DNA of 64,000 bases from an uncultured Candidatus Peribacteria bacterium (lineage in GTDB: Bacteria; Patescibacteriota; Gracilibacteria; UBA1369; 2-02-FULL-48-14). Shown here one piece after another: positions 9,782 through 19,100 of this stretch; within the stretch, counting starts at the first letter, position 1, and each line of letters starts with the position of its first letter. The notes below the pieces were generated by a model. The model was not told where the DNA came from and made no database searches. It saw only the letters and a program-made list of their open reading frames with translations. The position numbers were made by a program, and so were the translations under genes. The stretch spans positions 530-64,529 of the forward strand of contig CAZFAV010000003.1 in NCBI GenBank assembly GCA_964516995.1, written 5' to 3'.

Positions 9782-10447
9782 GTCGTAATCTTGAGCGTAA
9801 AGAAATCTAAAGTGTGAGAAGGGGAAAAGTACTACCTTCGCCTCTCCTTGAATATAATCCAAAGTCAAATACGGTGAGGTCTCATCGGTGCATCCCAACT
9901 GTTGGAAACAACGTCTGGCATCACTACTTTTAGTGCGGTTATCCCCCAAGGCGAAGTACCCGTCTTCAGGGACCTCAAAAGTTTGAGAGCTACTTCGATA
10001 AGGATACGTATGACCTAAATTATCTTCATTTAAGTAAGGTTCATCCAGTAAAACAAAAGAGCCATTCCCATTTTTTAGGTAGATGTACCCATTTTCAATT
10101 CTGAGCGTATCGCCGGGCATACCAATTATTCTCTTAATGTAATACTCTCCGGGCTCAGAATAAGGAGCTTGGAATACAATAATGTCTCCACGATCTAACG
10201 ACCCGAGAGACCATCCAAAAAGATCCCACGTAGCTAAACGAGAAACTAAAATAAATTCTCCATCACCGTTGTAACACTCATCATTATAGACATTGAGTGT
10301 ATCACACATCGAAGGTCCGTGAACACGAAAAGGGGAGAAAATAAAGCTGCGGATCACCACCACCATCAGAACAACAACCACCACATCAATCACCAAATCT
10401 AGCAAAAAGCGTGTTAGAACAAAATCTCCAGTCGTTTTTTTCTCCAT
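9776..10447 (-). CDS. lepB: signal peptidase I
   Basis: S26 motifs are present (GPSMCDTL for the catalytic Ser box, YIKRIIGMPGD, GDNRTKSSDAR). I prefer the ATG at 10447 over the upstream TTG at 10498. Confidence 0.8.
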   Translation of the reverse strand: MEKKTTGDFVLTRFLLDLVIDVVVVVLMVVVIRSFIFSPFRVHGPSMCDTLNVYNDECYNGDGEFILVSRLATWDLFGWSLGSLDRGDIIVFQAPYSEPGEYYIKRIIGMPGDTLRIENGYIYLKNGNGSFVLLDEPYLNEDNLGHTYPYRSSSQTFEVPEDGYFALGDNRTKSSDARRCFQQLGCTDETSPYLTLDYIQGEAKVVLFPFSHFRFLYAQDYDL

Positions 10448-10498
10448 AAGCGTGTAAAATGTTGATGGAAGCTTAGCAAGAAAACTCTCCCTCCACAA

Positions 10499-11065
10499 AT
10501 GTTCATTGACCGCATTTTCTTCCGGAACCTTCTAGATGAAGGAGAAAAAATCATTTACGTGGCCCACGTCCACCCTTTCATCATATATTCCAGTTTATTC
10601 AAAGAAGTTTTTTTTGGCTTATTTTTTCCTCTCGGGGGATGGTTACTTTTCCCCCCACTTTGGGGAATTTGGACGGCATGGGGAGCCATGGGACTCATAG
10701 TTTTGTTTTACCAGATCTTCAGCTGGTATATGGACGCCTGGATCGTGACTAATAACGCAGTAATTAATCAGGAATGGAATTCTCCTTTCGACAACTCTGC
10801 CGTCCGTGTGGAATACGGCACCATCGACACTATTACCAGTGAAACTAAGGGATTTTGGGGGCTACTCTTTAGGTTCGGAAACCTTAGAATTGATAACGTG
10901 GGAAGCAGTCCCGTGATCTTGAAAAATGTAGCCCTACCTAAGAAAGTAGAGCGAATTATCATGGAACATCAGACAAAGTTTGCCCACGACAAAACCCTCC
11001 AAGACCACGGTCAGCTCAAAGAACTCCTCACAACACTGTTGCGCTCAAGCCAGAAAAACGGTTAA
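10499..11065 (+). CDS. membrane protein with bacterial PH-like (YdbS/YdbT-type) domain
   Basis: GEKIIYVAHVHP, two TM helices and a C-terminal beta-rich region resemble bPH_2 proteins. Confidence 0.45.
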   Translation: MFIDRIFFRNLLDEGEKIIYVAHVHPFIIYSSLFKEVFFGLFFPLGGWLLFPPLWGIWTAWGAMGLIVLFYQIFSWYMDAWIVTNNAVINQEWNSPFDNSAVRVEYGTIDTITSETKGFWGLLFRFGNLRIDNVGSSPVILKNVALPKKVERIIMEHQTKFAHDKTLQDHGQLKELLTTLLRSSQKNG

Positions 11066-12505
11066 ATGTGGCGCATGGAACTGGAAGCAATCATCGGACT
11101 AGAAATACATGCCGAAATGAACACCAAAACAAAGATGTTCTGTTCGTGCTCCAACGATAATTTTGGAAAAGTTCCCAACACCAACGTTTGCCCGATCTGT
11201 ATGGGCTTTCCGGGAATGCTGCCGGTGCCCAACAGGGAAAGCATACGTAAAGGAGCAGTAGCTGCTTTAGCCTTGCACTGCCAGATTCAACCTCACTCTA
11301 AATTTGATCGTAAAAATTACTTTTATCCAGATCTCCCTAGTGGATATCAGATTTCCCAGTATGACGAACCTATTTCTAAGAACGGTTGGCTCGAGATTAA
11401 TGTAGGAGGGGCAAAGAAAAAAATTGGAATTACACGTTTACACTTAGAAAACGATGCTGGAAAACTGACCCACGGCACTCAAGGAACACTTCTGGACTTC
11501 AATCGTGCTGGTAAGCCCTTGATGGAAATCGTCTCAGAACCAGACATGCGTAACGCTAAAGAAGCCAAAGAATATGCAGAAACAGTTCAAAAACTGGTGC
11601 GATATTGTAACAGCTCAGATTGTGACATGGAAAAGGGACAGATGCGCTTTGATGCTTCTGTCTCCCTAAGACCTAAGGGGGACACTAAACTTTATCCTCG
11701 TGCAGAAATCAAAAATCTAAACAGTTTCCGCTCACTCGAATCGGCCATTGAATATGAAATTAAACGACAGGGCGAGCTCTGGGAAAAGGGAAATCCTCCT
11801 ACTGGAGAGACCACCGTGGGTTGGGATGAGCTAAAGGGGCAAACCTATCTGATGCGTGAAAAAGAAAGTGCTGCCGATTATCGTTATTTCCCAGAACCTG
11901 ATCTCACCCCCATTGATGTATCCGAAGAAGAGCTAGCCGAGTGGACGAAAGAAGTGCCCGAGGCCCCAGGTGAAAAAATGGACCGCTTTATGAACGACTA
12001 TGGCATGTCTGAGGCAGAGGCCCGCTTCTTCTCCGACGACGCCACTTTCGCCAAACTTTTTGAAGATATCGCTACCGTAACAAAAAATCCTAAAGTTTCT
12101 GCTTCTTTTGTAGGCACAGTCCTTCCATCCAAGCTCAAAGAGGCCAATAAGACTCTTGCGGAATCAGGACTCACTGCTGCTCATCTCAGCGAGCTCATCA
12201 GCCTTATCGATGCAGGAACCATCTCCAACAACACGGCTAAAACCTCCGTCTTTGACGAAATGCTGGCTAGTCAAAAAATGCCAAAAACCATCGTGGAAGA
12301 GAAAGGTCTAGCTCAAGTCAGCGATACGGGTGCCATCGAAGCTCTTTGTAAAGCCGCTATAGAAGCCAATCCTGGCCCAGTGGCCGACGTGAAAGCCGGA
12401 AAAACAAAGGCTATGGCAGCTCTCGTGGGCTATGTGATGAAGGAATCTAAAGGTCAGGCCAACCCACCCTTGGTCAATTCCATACTCTCCAAACTTCTGC
12501 TATAA
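11066..12505 (+). CDS. gatB: Asp/Glu-tRNA amidotransferase subunit B
   Basis: IGLEIHAEMNTKTKMFCSC, PICMGFPGMLP, RLHLENDAGK and a C-terminal GatB/YqeY domain. An alternative start lies at 11075. Confidence 0.95.
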   Translation: MWRMELEAIIGLEIHAEMNTKTKMFCSCSNDNFGKVPNTNVCPICMGFPGMLPVPNRESIRKGAVAALALHCQIQPHSKFDRKNYFYPDLPSGYQISQYDEPISKNGWLEINVGGAKKKIGITRLHLENDAGKLTHGTQGTLLDFNRAGKPLMEIVSEPDMRNAKEAKEYAETVQKLVRYCNSSDCDMEKGQMRFDASVSLRPKGDTKLYPRAEIKNLNSFRSLESAIEYEIKRQGELWEKGNPPTGETTVGWDELKGQTYLMREKESAADYRYFPEPDLTPIDVSEEELAEWTKEVPEAPGEKMDRFMNDYGMSEAEARFFSDDATFAKLFEDIATVTKNPKVSASFVGTVLPSKLKEANKTLAESGLTAAHLSELISLIDAGTISNNTAKTSVFDEMLASQKMPKTIVEEKGLAQVSDTGAIEALCKAAIEANPGPVADVKAGKTKAMAALVGYVMKESKGQANPPLVNSILSKLLL

Positions 12506-12529
12506 TAAGTACAAGTTAACCACCCCGCC

Positions 12530-12787
12530 ATGCAGTCTCTCGATATTCTATATCTCACACTTTCCGTCTGCATCACCTTGCTCACAGTCTTTTTGTCTGT
12601 GACCTTAGTGTACTTGCTCTTTATTTTGCGAGATGTTGTTAAAGTAACTGATCAAATCAAAGGCCTGGTGGAGAAGGTAGACACCTACATCACCAAGCCC
12701 ATTTTAATGACCAAGAGCATCATCGAATTTGTGAGCCCCTTTATTACGGGAGCACAAGAAAAGATGGGGAAGAGGAAGAGAGATTAG
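12530..12787 (+). CDS. small membrane-anchored protein (DUF948-like layout)
   Basis: An N-terminal TM followed by a helical segment. Family guess only. Confidence 0.4.
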   Translation: MQSLDILYLTLSVCITLLTVFLSVTLVYLLFILRDVVKVTDQIKGLVEKVDTYITKPILMTKSIIEFVSPFITGAQEKMGKRKRD

Positions 12788-13119
12788 CGACCCATCCAAG
12801 GACCACCATCATTACCAGTCGTTTGAGCGGCAGGTTTTAGTTTAGCCATCAAATCTCTACAACCGGACCTGCAAGCTTTTCGTGCATCCACAATAGACCC
12901 ATGCCCCATCTGTTCTAAAGAAGCTGTTTGGCGATCACAAGCGTCCAAAGCACGTTCAGAACCGTCGCAATTACACACTCCTTGGCCACTCACTTTTTCA
13001 ACAAGGGCAACCCTGCTATCCGTATTAGCAAAAAAATAATAACCCGTAGAACCTAGATCTTTTCGTTCTGGCATAACAATTGCATTAAAATTTAAGCTGT
13101 AATTATCAACTTCATTCAA
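12784..13119 (-). CDS. hypothetical Cys-rich protein
   Basis: 111 aa ORF overlapping the stop of the upstream GT26 gene. No family recognised. Confidence 0.35.
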   Translation of the reverse strand: MNEVDNYSLNFNAIVMPERKDLGSTGYYFFANTDSRVALVEKVSGQGVCNCDGSERALDACDRQTASLEQMGHGSIVDARKACRSGCRDLMAKLKPAAQTTGNDGGPWMGR

Positions 13120-13867
13120 AAATAGTCAAGAGCGGAAAAATCACAACAGCTCGCCAAATGCGCCTGACTCGCCGGAAAGGATTCATGCAAAGTCGCCACA
13201 ACCACTCTAGGCCTACAACTCGAAAAAGCTTCGGGGCACGGCGCACCTTTCCGGAGTAAAAATCAAAACTACCACCCACGGCCATCACATGCTTAAGACC
13301 GGGAATTTTCTTTTGATTTGTGGTAATCCAAAGTTCCTGTTTAGGTGCTCCATAGGCCACGAATAAAACCTGCGGTTTAGCCTGCTTTACCTCCTCAAAA
13401 GCTTCTGATGGGTTTGAAGAAGAAGCTCCAACAATCTTTAGTCTAGGATATTTTTTTAGAAAGCAATCAGCCGTCTTTTGTGCAGATCCGCGACCCCCCA
13501 GAAAGAAAACCCTAAATCCATGGACAGCGGCAAAATGCACCACATCGTCCATAAAATCACTGCCATGAATGACTTCAGGGAAAATTTTTCTGAAAGGTTT
13601 TTTATAAAACAGAAATAAAAATCCAGCAGGAATATAAAGTAGGGGACGTAACCAACGAGGGTACCGGAGAAGCGTAGAAATGAGTTGAAGACCATGCCCA
13701 TCTGGGAGCATCAAAGTTCCTTTTGAAAGTGCCCGTTGAAAGATACGATTTCTGTGAGCTTCCAGTAAAATTTCAGGGTTAGGTGTGAAAATAATTTGGG
13801 ACTTTTGAAGCTTCAGTAGAGCTTCTTCATGAGTAATTTCATCAATGTTGACGCCAAAAATCTTCAT
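13112..13867 (-). CDS. WecG/TagA/CpsF family (GT26) glycosyltransferase
   Basis: TPNPEIL, PDGHGL, FFLGG, VAYGAPKQELW and GGSFDF are typical GT26 motifs. Confidence 0.85.
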   Translation of the reverse strand: MKIFGVNIDEITHEEALLKLQKSQIIFTPNPEILLEAHRNRIFQRALSKGTLMLPDGHGLQLISTLLRYPRWLRPLLYIPAGFLFLFYKKPFRKIFPEVIHGSDFMDDVVHFAAVHGFRVFFLGGRGSAQKTADCFLKKYPRLKIVGASSSNPSEAFEEVKQAKPQVLFVAYGAPKQELWITTNQKKIPGLKHVMAVGGSFDFYSGKVRRAPKLFRVVGLEWLWRLCMNPFRRVRRIWRAVVIFPLLTIFE

Positions 13868-14505
13868 GCACGAGCAATAGTAACAAAATTGCGTCCATTT
13901 TGCTCTCTTAAGATCTCAAAACTCGACTGTTTTAAGAGGCTACGCAGTTCTCGTGGGGTAAAAGCATAGTAGTAGCGTTTCACGCCATGGTTCCAGGGGA
14001 TCTCCAAACCCTTAAAGCCGAATTTCGGCCAAAAGAAGTTCTTTAACCACGCCTTCCAAAAGCGCCACTGAAACAGATTCCAGTTGGTCATGAGTAGTAG
14101 ACCGTCTTTTTGAAGATGCACATGGGCCCACTTCAGAGCTTTCGTTTGATCGGAAGGCGGTAGGTGATGGAAGGAAGCCACCATAAAAATCGTATCCCAT
14201 TTTTTTTTAGTAATGGGTAGGTTTCCCATATCTTCTTTTTTAAAAGTAGCCTTGGGGTGAGCCATGCGAGCTACCTTTAGGAGTCCTTCCGATTGATCCC
14301 AACCCTCATACTTCACATTAAAGGGTTTCAAAAAATCGACGAGTCTTCCATTGCCACAGCCCAGATCCAAAACTCTTATTTCTTTTTGGAGATAGGGTAG
14401 GAAAAGTTCAAATTCTCTCCAATCTTTTTGCCTGGTTTGAGCAAAAGCTTTAGCAATGGCATCATAGTCCTGCTTGACCTTTTCTCGGATTCTTCTAGAG
14501 TGCAT
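13864..14505 (-). CDS. class I SAM-dependent methyltransferase
   Basis: Motif I VLDLGCGNGR and a post-I acidic residue. Size is typical for this family. Confidence 0.8.
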   Translation of the reverse strand: MHSRRIREKVKQDYDAIAKAFAQTRQKDWREFELFLPYLQKEIRVLDLGCGNGRLVDFLKPFNVKYEGWDQSEGLLKVARMAHPKATFKKEDMGNLPITKKKWDTIFMVASFHHLPPSDQTKALKWAHVHLQKDGLLLMTNWNLFQWRFWKAWLKNFFWPKFGFKGLEIPWNHGVKRYYYAFTPRELRSLLKQSSFEILREQNGRNFVTIARA

Positions 14506-14511
14506 AAAGAT

Positions 14512-16101
14512 ATGAAGATACTCACCGAGGAGGATAACCTGAAAAGCCTCCTAAAACAAGCATCGGCACTGAAGCTTAAAGACGAGGAAGAACTCCACAA
14601 ACTCAAGAAGCATTATGCTCGCAATTTTAATGTACCTCTACCCACCAATTTTAAACTTCAAGAGACTTATGAAAAAATGGTGGAAGAGGGTTGGCCGGAA
14701 GACCGAAGTCTTCAACGACTCATTCGTAAACGGAAAATTCGCACTCTTTCCGGAGTGAGCGTGATCACCGTGCTCACCAAACCCTATCCCTGTCCGGGAA
14801 AGTGCGTGTTCTGTCCTACCGAACCCGGTATGCCTAAATCTTACCTTTCTAACGAGCCGGGGGCTATGCGCGCCGTGCTCGACGATTTCCACCCACGTGA
14901 CCAAGTAGCCACTCGTATCGATAGCCTGACTCGCCAAGGACATGAAACCGATAAAATCGAAATGATCGTGCTCGGTGGGACTTTTTCTGCCTACAATCCT
15001 CGCTATCAAACAGACTTTGTGCGAGCACTATTCAACGCCTGCAACGATAAGCCAGGCCGCTCACTAACAGAAGCCCAAGTCATCAACGAATCCTCTAAAC
15101 ATAAAATCATTGGGTTAAGTCTCGAAACACGTCCGGATCATATCACCGAAAAAGAAATTCGCCGTATGCGAGAACTAGGAGCTACCAAAGTGCAAATTGG
15201 AGTTCAGCACCTCGATCAAGAAATACTCGACCTCAACAAGCGAGGCGAACGCATCGATGACACGATTCGTGCCATGCAACTTCTACGTGACGCGGGTTTT
15301 AAAATCGCTACCCATCTCATGCCCAACCTTCCTGGGTCAACCCCAGAAAAAGATCTGTGGATGGTGGATGAATTTTTCAAGAATCCAGACTTTCGCCCCG
15401 ACCAGGTTAAGATTTATCCTTGCGTGGTAACGCCTTATGCCGAACTCGAACAATGGTGGAAGGAAGGTCGTTATCAATCCTACAGCGACGAAGTACTCAT
15501 GGATTTACTCACACGCATGCAACTCCTCCTTCCCGAATACGTGCGTGTAGAACGACTTTTCCGCGACATACCCGGTGAATCTATTTTAGAAGGTTCTCAA
15601 AAAACCAACATGCGCCAACTGGTAGAAGACCAAATGGTAATCGACGGGAAAACTTGCCGTTGCATTCGCTGTCGAGAAATTAAAGGGGAGTCATATGATC
15701 CAGACTCCACCACACTCAAAGTGGATTCATACGAAGCGGCAGGGGGGAAAGAGTTTTTTATCCACTTCGACGACACCACTCGTGATAGACTTTGCTCCCT
15801 TCTTCGCCTACGCTTCAGCTCCTACTCACTGTTAGGCAAGCCTCATTTTATTCCGGAGTTGGAGGGAGCCGCGCTTGTACGTGAAGTACATGTTTATGGT
15901 GCGGAAGTGGAAGTGGGAGAAGCACGCAAATCTGCCTCACAGCACGCAGGTCTTGGCCGTCGCATGCTAGAAACCGCAGAGAAAATCAGTCGCGATGCAG
16001 GCTTCAAAAAAATGGCCATTATCGCGGGAGTGGGTACACGAAATTATTACCGCAAGTGGGGCTACGAGTTGGAGGGAACTTATATGACCAAAATCCTTTA
16101 A
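14512..16101 (+). CDS. elp3: Elp3-type radical SAM + GNAT enzyme (tRNA U34 carboxymethylation family)
   Basis: Radical-SAM Cys cluster region (YPCPGKCVFCP), ETRPD, and a C-terminal GNAT (QHAGLGRRMLETAE...YYRKWGYE). The start could be 14512 or 14677. The upstream extension to 14428 is rejected. Confidence 0.85.
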   Translation: MKILTEEDNLKSLLKQASALKLKDEEELHKLKKHYARNFNVPLPTNFKLQETYEKMVEEGWPEDRSLQRLIRKRKIRTLSGVSVITVLTKPYPCPGKCVFCPTEPGMPKSYLSNEPGAMRAVLDDFHPRDQVATRIDSLTRQGHETDKIEMIVLGGTFSAYNPRYQTDFVRALFNACNDKPGRSLTEAQVINESSKHKIIGLSLETRPDHITEKEIRRMRELGATKVQIGVQHLDQEILDLNKRGERIDDTIRAMQLLRDAGFKIATHLMPNLPGSTPEKDLWMVDEFFKNPDFRPDQVKIYPCVVTPYAELEQWWKEGRYQSYSDEVLMDLLTRMQLLLPEYVRVERLFRDIPGESILEGSQKTNMRQLVEDQMVIDGKTCRCIRCREIKGESYDPDSTTLKVDSYEAAGGKEFFIHFDDTTRDRLCSLLRLRFSSYSLLGKPHFIPELEGAALVREVHVYGAEVEVGEARKSASQHAGLGRRMLETAEKISRDAGFKKMAIIAGVGTRNYYRKWGYELEGTYMTKIL

Positions 16102-16110
16102 TAGGACTTT

Positions 16111-19100
16111 TTAAGCAGCCGCCTTTTGATCCTCGCCCATATCTTCGAACTGAGCTTCGCCTGAACCAAAGACTTCGTGATACAAACTTTCAGCTTGTTC
16201 CGCTACACGAGGATCTATACCCAGGGTCGCGATAACACGCTCAGACTCCTTAGGATGCATCACTTTATCATCAACTTTAATCGTTTTAAAAAATTCTATA
16301 TCGGAATAAAGTTGTCGTTTTCTCTCTACCCATGTATCTAAGATATCATCTTTATCCAAAGCGTGAGCAAACTTACGAACTGTTGCAAAACGCTGGTCCT
16401 TTTCAATGTCATAAAAACTTTCATCAAACCAAGTCTCTGGGACATCCGTCACTAAAATACTTTCTACAAATCGCTTTTCAACAGGGGAGATAGAAGGGCC
16501 GAGAGGAGGGCTTAGGATGTCATCAAACAATTCTTGTCCACGGGTTTTAATCTCAATTTTTTTTGCTTCAACATCAGCAATTTGTCGAGATATCCAATCT
16601 TGGTCAATGATCTTTAAATCAAGTTCTGCAATCTCCCCTCTATGTTTTTCTGGTTTTCCTGCTACTCGAGCCGCCTCATCTTCTTTCTTAAGTGCTTGCA
16701 TCTTTTCACGCACTTGGTAGTTCCATACCTCTACTGCATCTTCCGGTGACATTTCGTTAAAATAACCCACATCACCATCTCGAAAAGCCATTTTCTTGCT
16801 TCCCAAAAGAGGTAAATACGTCTCTCGCATAAAATATTCTTTTTCCGTTGTATTGGTGGCGTGATAATAATGACCGACCGTATCAATCAACTGCCCCGCA
16901 CCAGCCGTGTATAAAATCGGAGCTCCAAGTCCACGAACACTCGTTGAAAAAAGTGTGGGATTTTTTAAATAAGGAGCAGTGAGTTCTTCCACTGCTATCG
17001 ATATCCCAAACGCAGCCAATAAAGCAACCGTCATCATTAGGAGTGGATGTTTCGGTGCTACAGCAGCAGCTTCAGCTCCAGCTGCAAGAGCTTGTCCCGC
17101 AGAGCGAGTAGCAGCAACAGTTTCAGTTGCCCCAGCTGCCGAACGGAAAGCGCCAGAAAGCATAGTACCTACTTCAGCTTCGGTAAAAATTCCTCCATTC
17201 CGAACGATACTGGCAATTTCGGGAGCCGCCTTCGCTCCACGGAATACCCCTTCACTCACCATCAGTCCCAAAACAAAAAGGGGAATTCTTTCAGATTTAT
17301 CTTTACCCTCGTAGGTATCTTTACAAACATAATAAGTGGCCAAATAAGCCATGCCTCCTGTGAATCCTAGATGCGCGGCATTTTCTGTAAAATACTTAAG
17401 CCACTGAAGACCAGCCCCTCCAGTTGAAAAAAGTTTTTCAATCACCGGTTTGGGAAGTGGAAGATCTCCAAATTTCTTAGCACAAGTCTCAAAAAATTTA
17501 ACCATCTTTTCCTTAATTCCAAATGGGGTACGATCCAAAGCATCTAATAAAATCCTTGCACCACCTCGCTCACGGGTCATTTTTTCTAAGAACTGTTCAA
17601 AACGCATTCCTGTTTTCGTCTCAATAAAATTAATCAATTTGACCTGCCACTCTTGCATACTGGCCATAGTCGCTCGATTAAACTGTATTTTTCCGGTCAA
17701 TAATCCTTCTAGCCATTCCAGTTTTACTCGATTATGTAGACAGTCTTTCAAAACTTTAAAATGATCGATACTGTGCGCCCATTTCTGTCCAAGGATCCAA
17801 ATTCTTTCGGGGATCAATTTGTCATGAAAAAGGACAGATGTACAAATACGTTCTGCTGCTTCTGGCGTGATTTTTCCTTTGATCACTAGCTCCAAAAGGC
17901 GTGCGGGATTTTCGAAGAAAGCCAGATAAATCTCACGAGCATCTAACATCGCATAAGGGGGAAACAGAACGCGTAATCCTCCCGCTAAAACTTCACCCTT
18001 CCTAATGAGATATGCTCCATAGGGCAGCCCTGCTGAAGCACTAATTAAGCCTACTGTTCCTGCAACTCCAATCACTCGATCCGTCGGAGTTTCATTTTCA
18101 CCAAATCCTTTTTGAACTGTCCATGTTAGCCCATAAAAAAGACCCTTATAACCTTGCCAATAAAGGTCGGCAACGTCACCCACATCTTTTAGATCAATAT
18201 GAGCAGCATCTTCCAGCAATTCTTTACGTTTAGCTGTTTTTGCCCTTACGATATATTGGTTAATGTTGTCATGGATGTGAGCCAATTCGTCTGTGTACTT
18301 CGTAAGCAAGGCCTGTTCAGAGGCTGTAAGAGGCTTTCCCGCCTCAAGCTGAGTCGTAAAATCATTAATTACTTTGAGTTCCGCCACATCCACACCAATA
18401 GCATCCAAATCAGACTTAGTGGCTGCATCTGAGAAAGCTTTATAAAGTTGTTTGCCCCGAATCAAATCGATATCTTGAGTTTTACCTTCATCAATCGCTA
18501 GAGAGGGGAAAACCATAGAAATCGCTAGAGAGGGGAAAACCATAGAAATCGCTTCTACCGTATCGCTCCAGTAATCAGGGACTGTTAAGCGGAGCTGATC
18601 CAGCTCTTGAGCTACTTGTTTTTCGGAATCACGCAGTGAATCCAAGTCCCCAGAGCTTAATTTCTCTTTCTTACCCAATGCCTTCATATCCTCAGCGAAC
18701 TCTTGAGAATCTGCTTCAGACGCTTCCACAAAGCCCTTTAAAACAGACGAATATGTTTTAGCCTCTGCAGATTCACTCAATTTAAATATATGAAGATCAA
18801 AAGCCTTCTTCAAAACTTGATCTAAGCTCATTTTATCTGCATCCGGAATAAGAGTATGAATCTCTTTATCATGAACCTTTATCAGATCGATCATCTTGTT
18901 TTCTGAGGAAACTTGATCGGGCATCTTAAACCAGTCTCGGAGCACCGGAATAGAAGCAAATAGGCCCGTTGCTAAAGGAAATTCACGCGTTTTTTCTGCA
19001 TTCAAAAATTCTTTATAGTTGAGAGAAGCCATGAGCCAAACGGCTTTATCTGTTACTCCAAATTGTTCGGCGTAGGCCATATGCCTTGTCCGAGCCTCTG

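Noticed and set aside
14428-14511. 5' extensions proposed by the ORF track for elp3 (14428), the rluD-like gene (25193), the prgI-like gene (41260), the NTase-like gene (57582), the giant ORF (20187), lepA (41387) and uvrC (57803)
   Set aside because: Each extension overlaps the neighbouring gene on the opposite strand and adds non-conserved residues ahead of a start that matches the canonical family N-terminus.
18494-18553. CRISPR-like or minisatellite array
   Set aside because: There are only two directly abutting copies with no spacers, and they lie in frame inside a coding region. No other repeat-spacer structure or cas gene was seen in the window.
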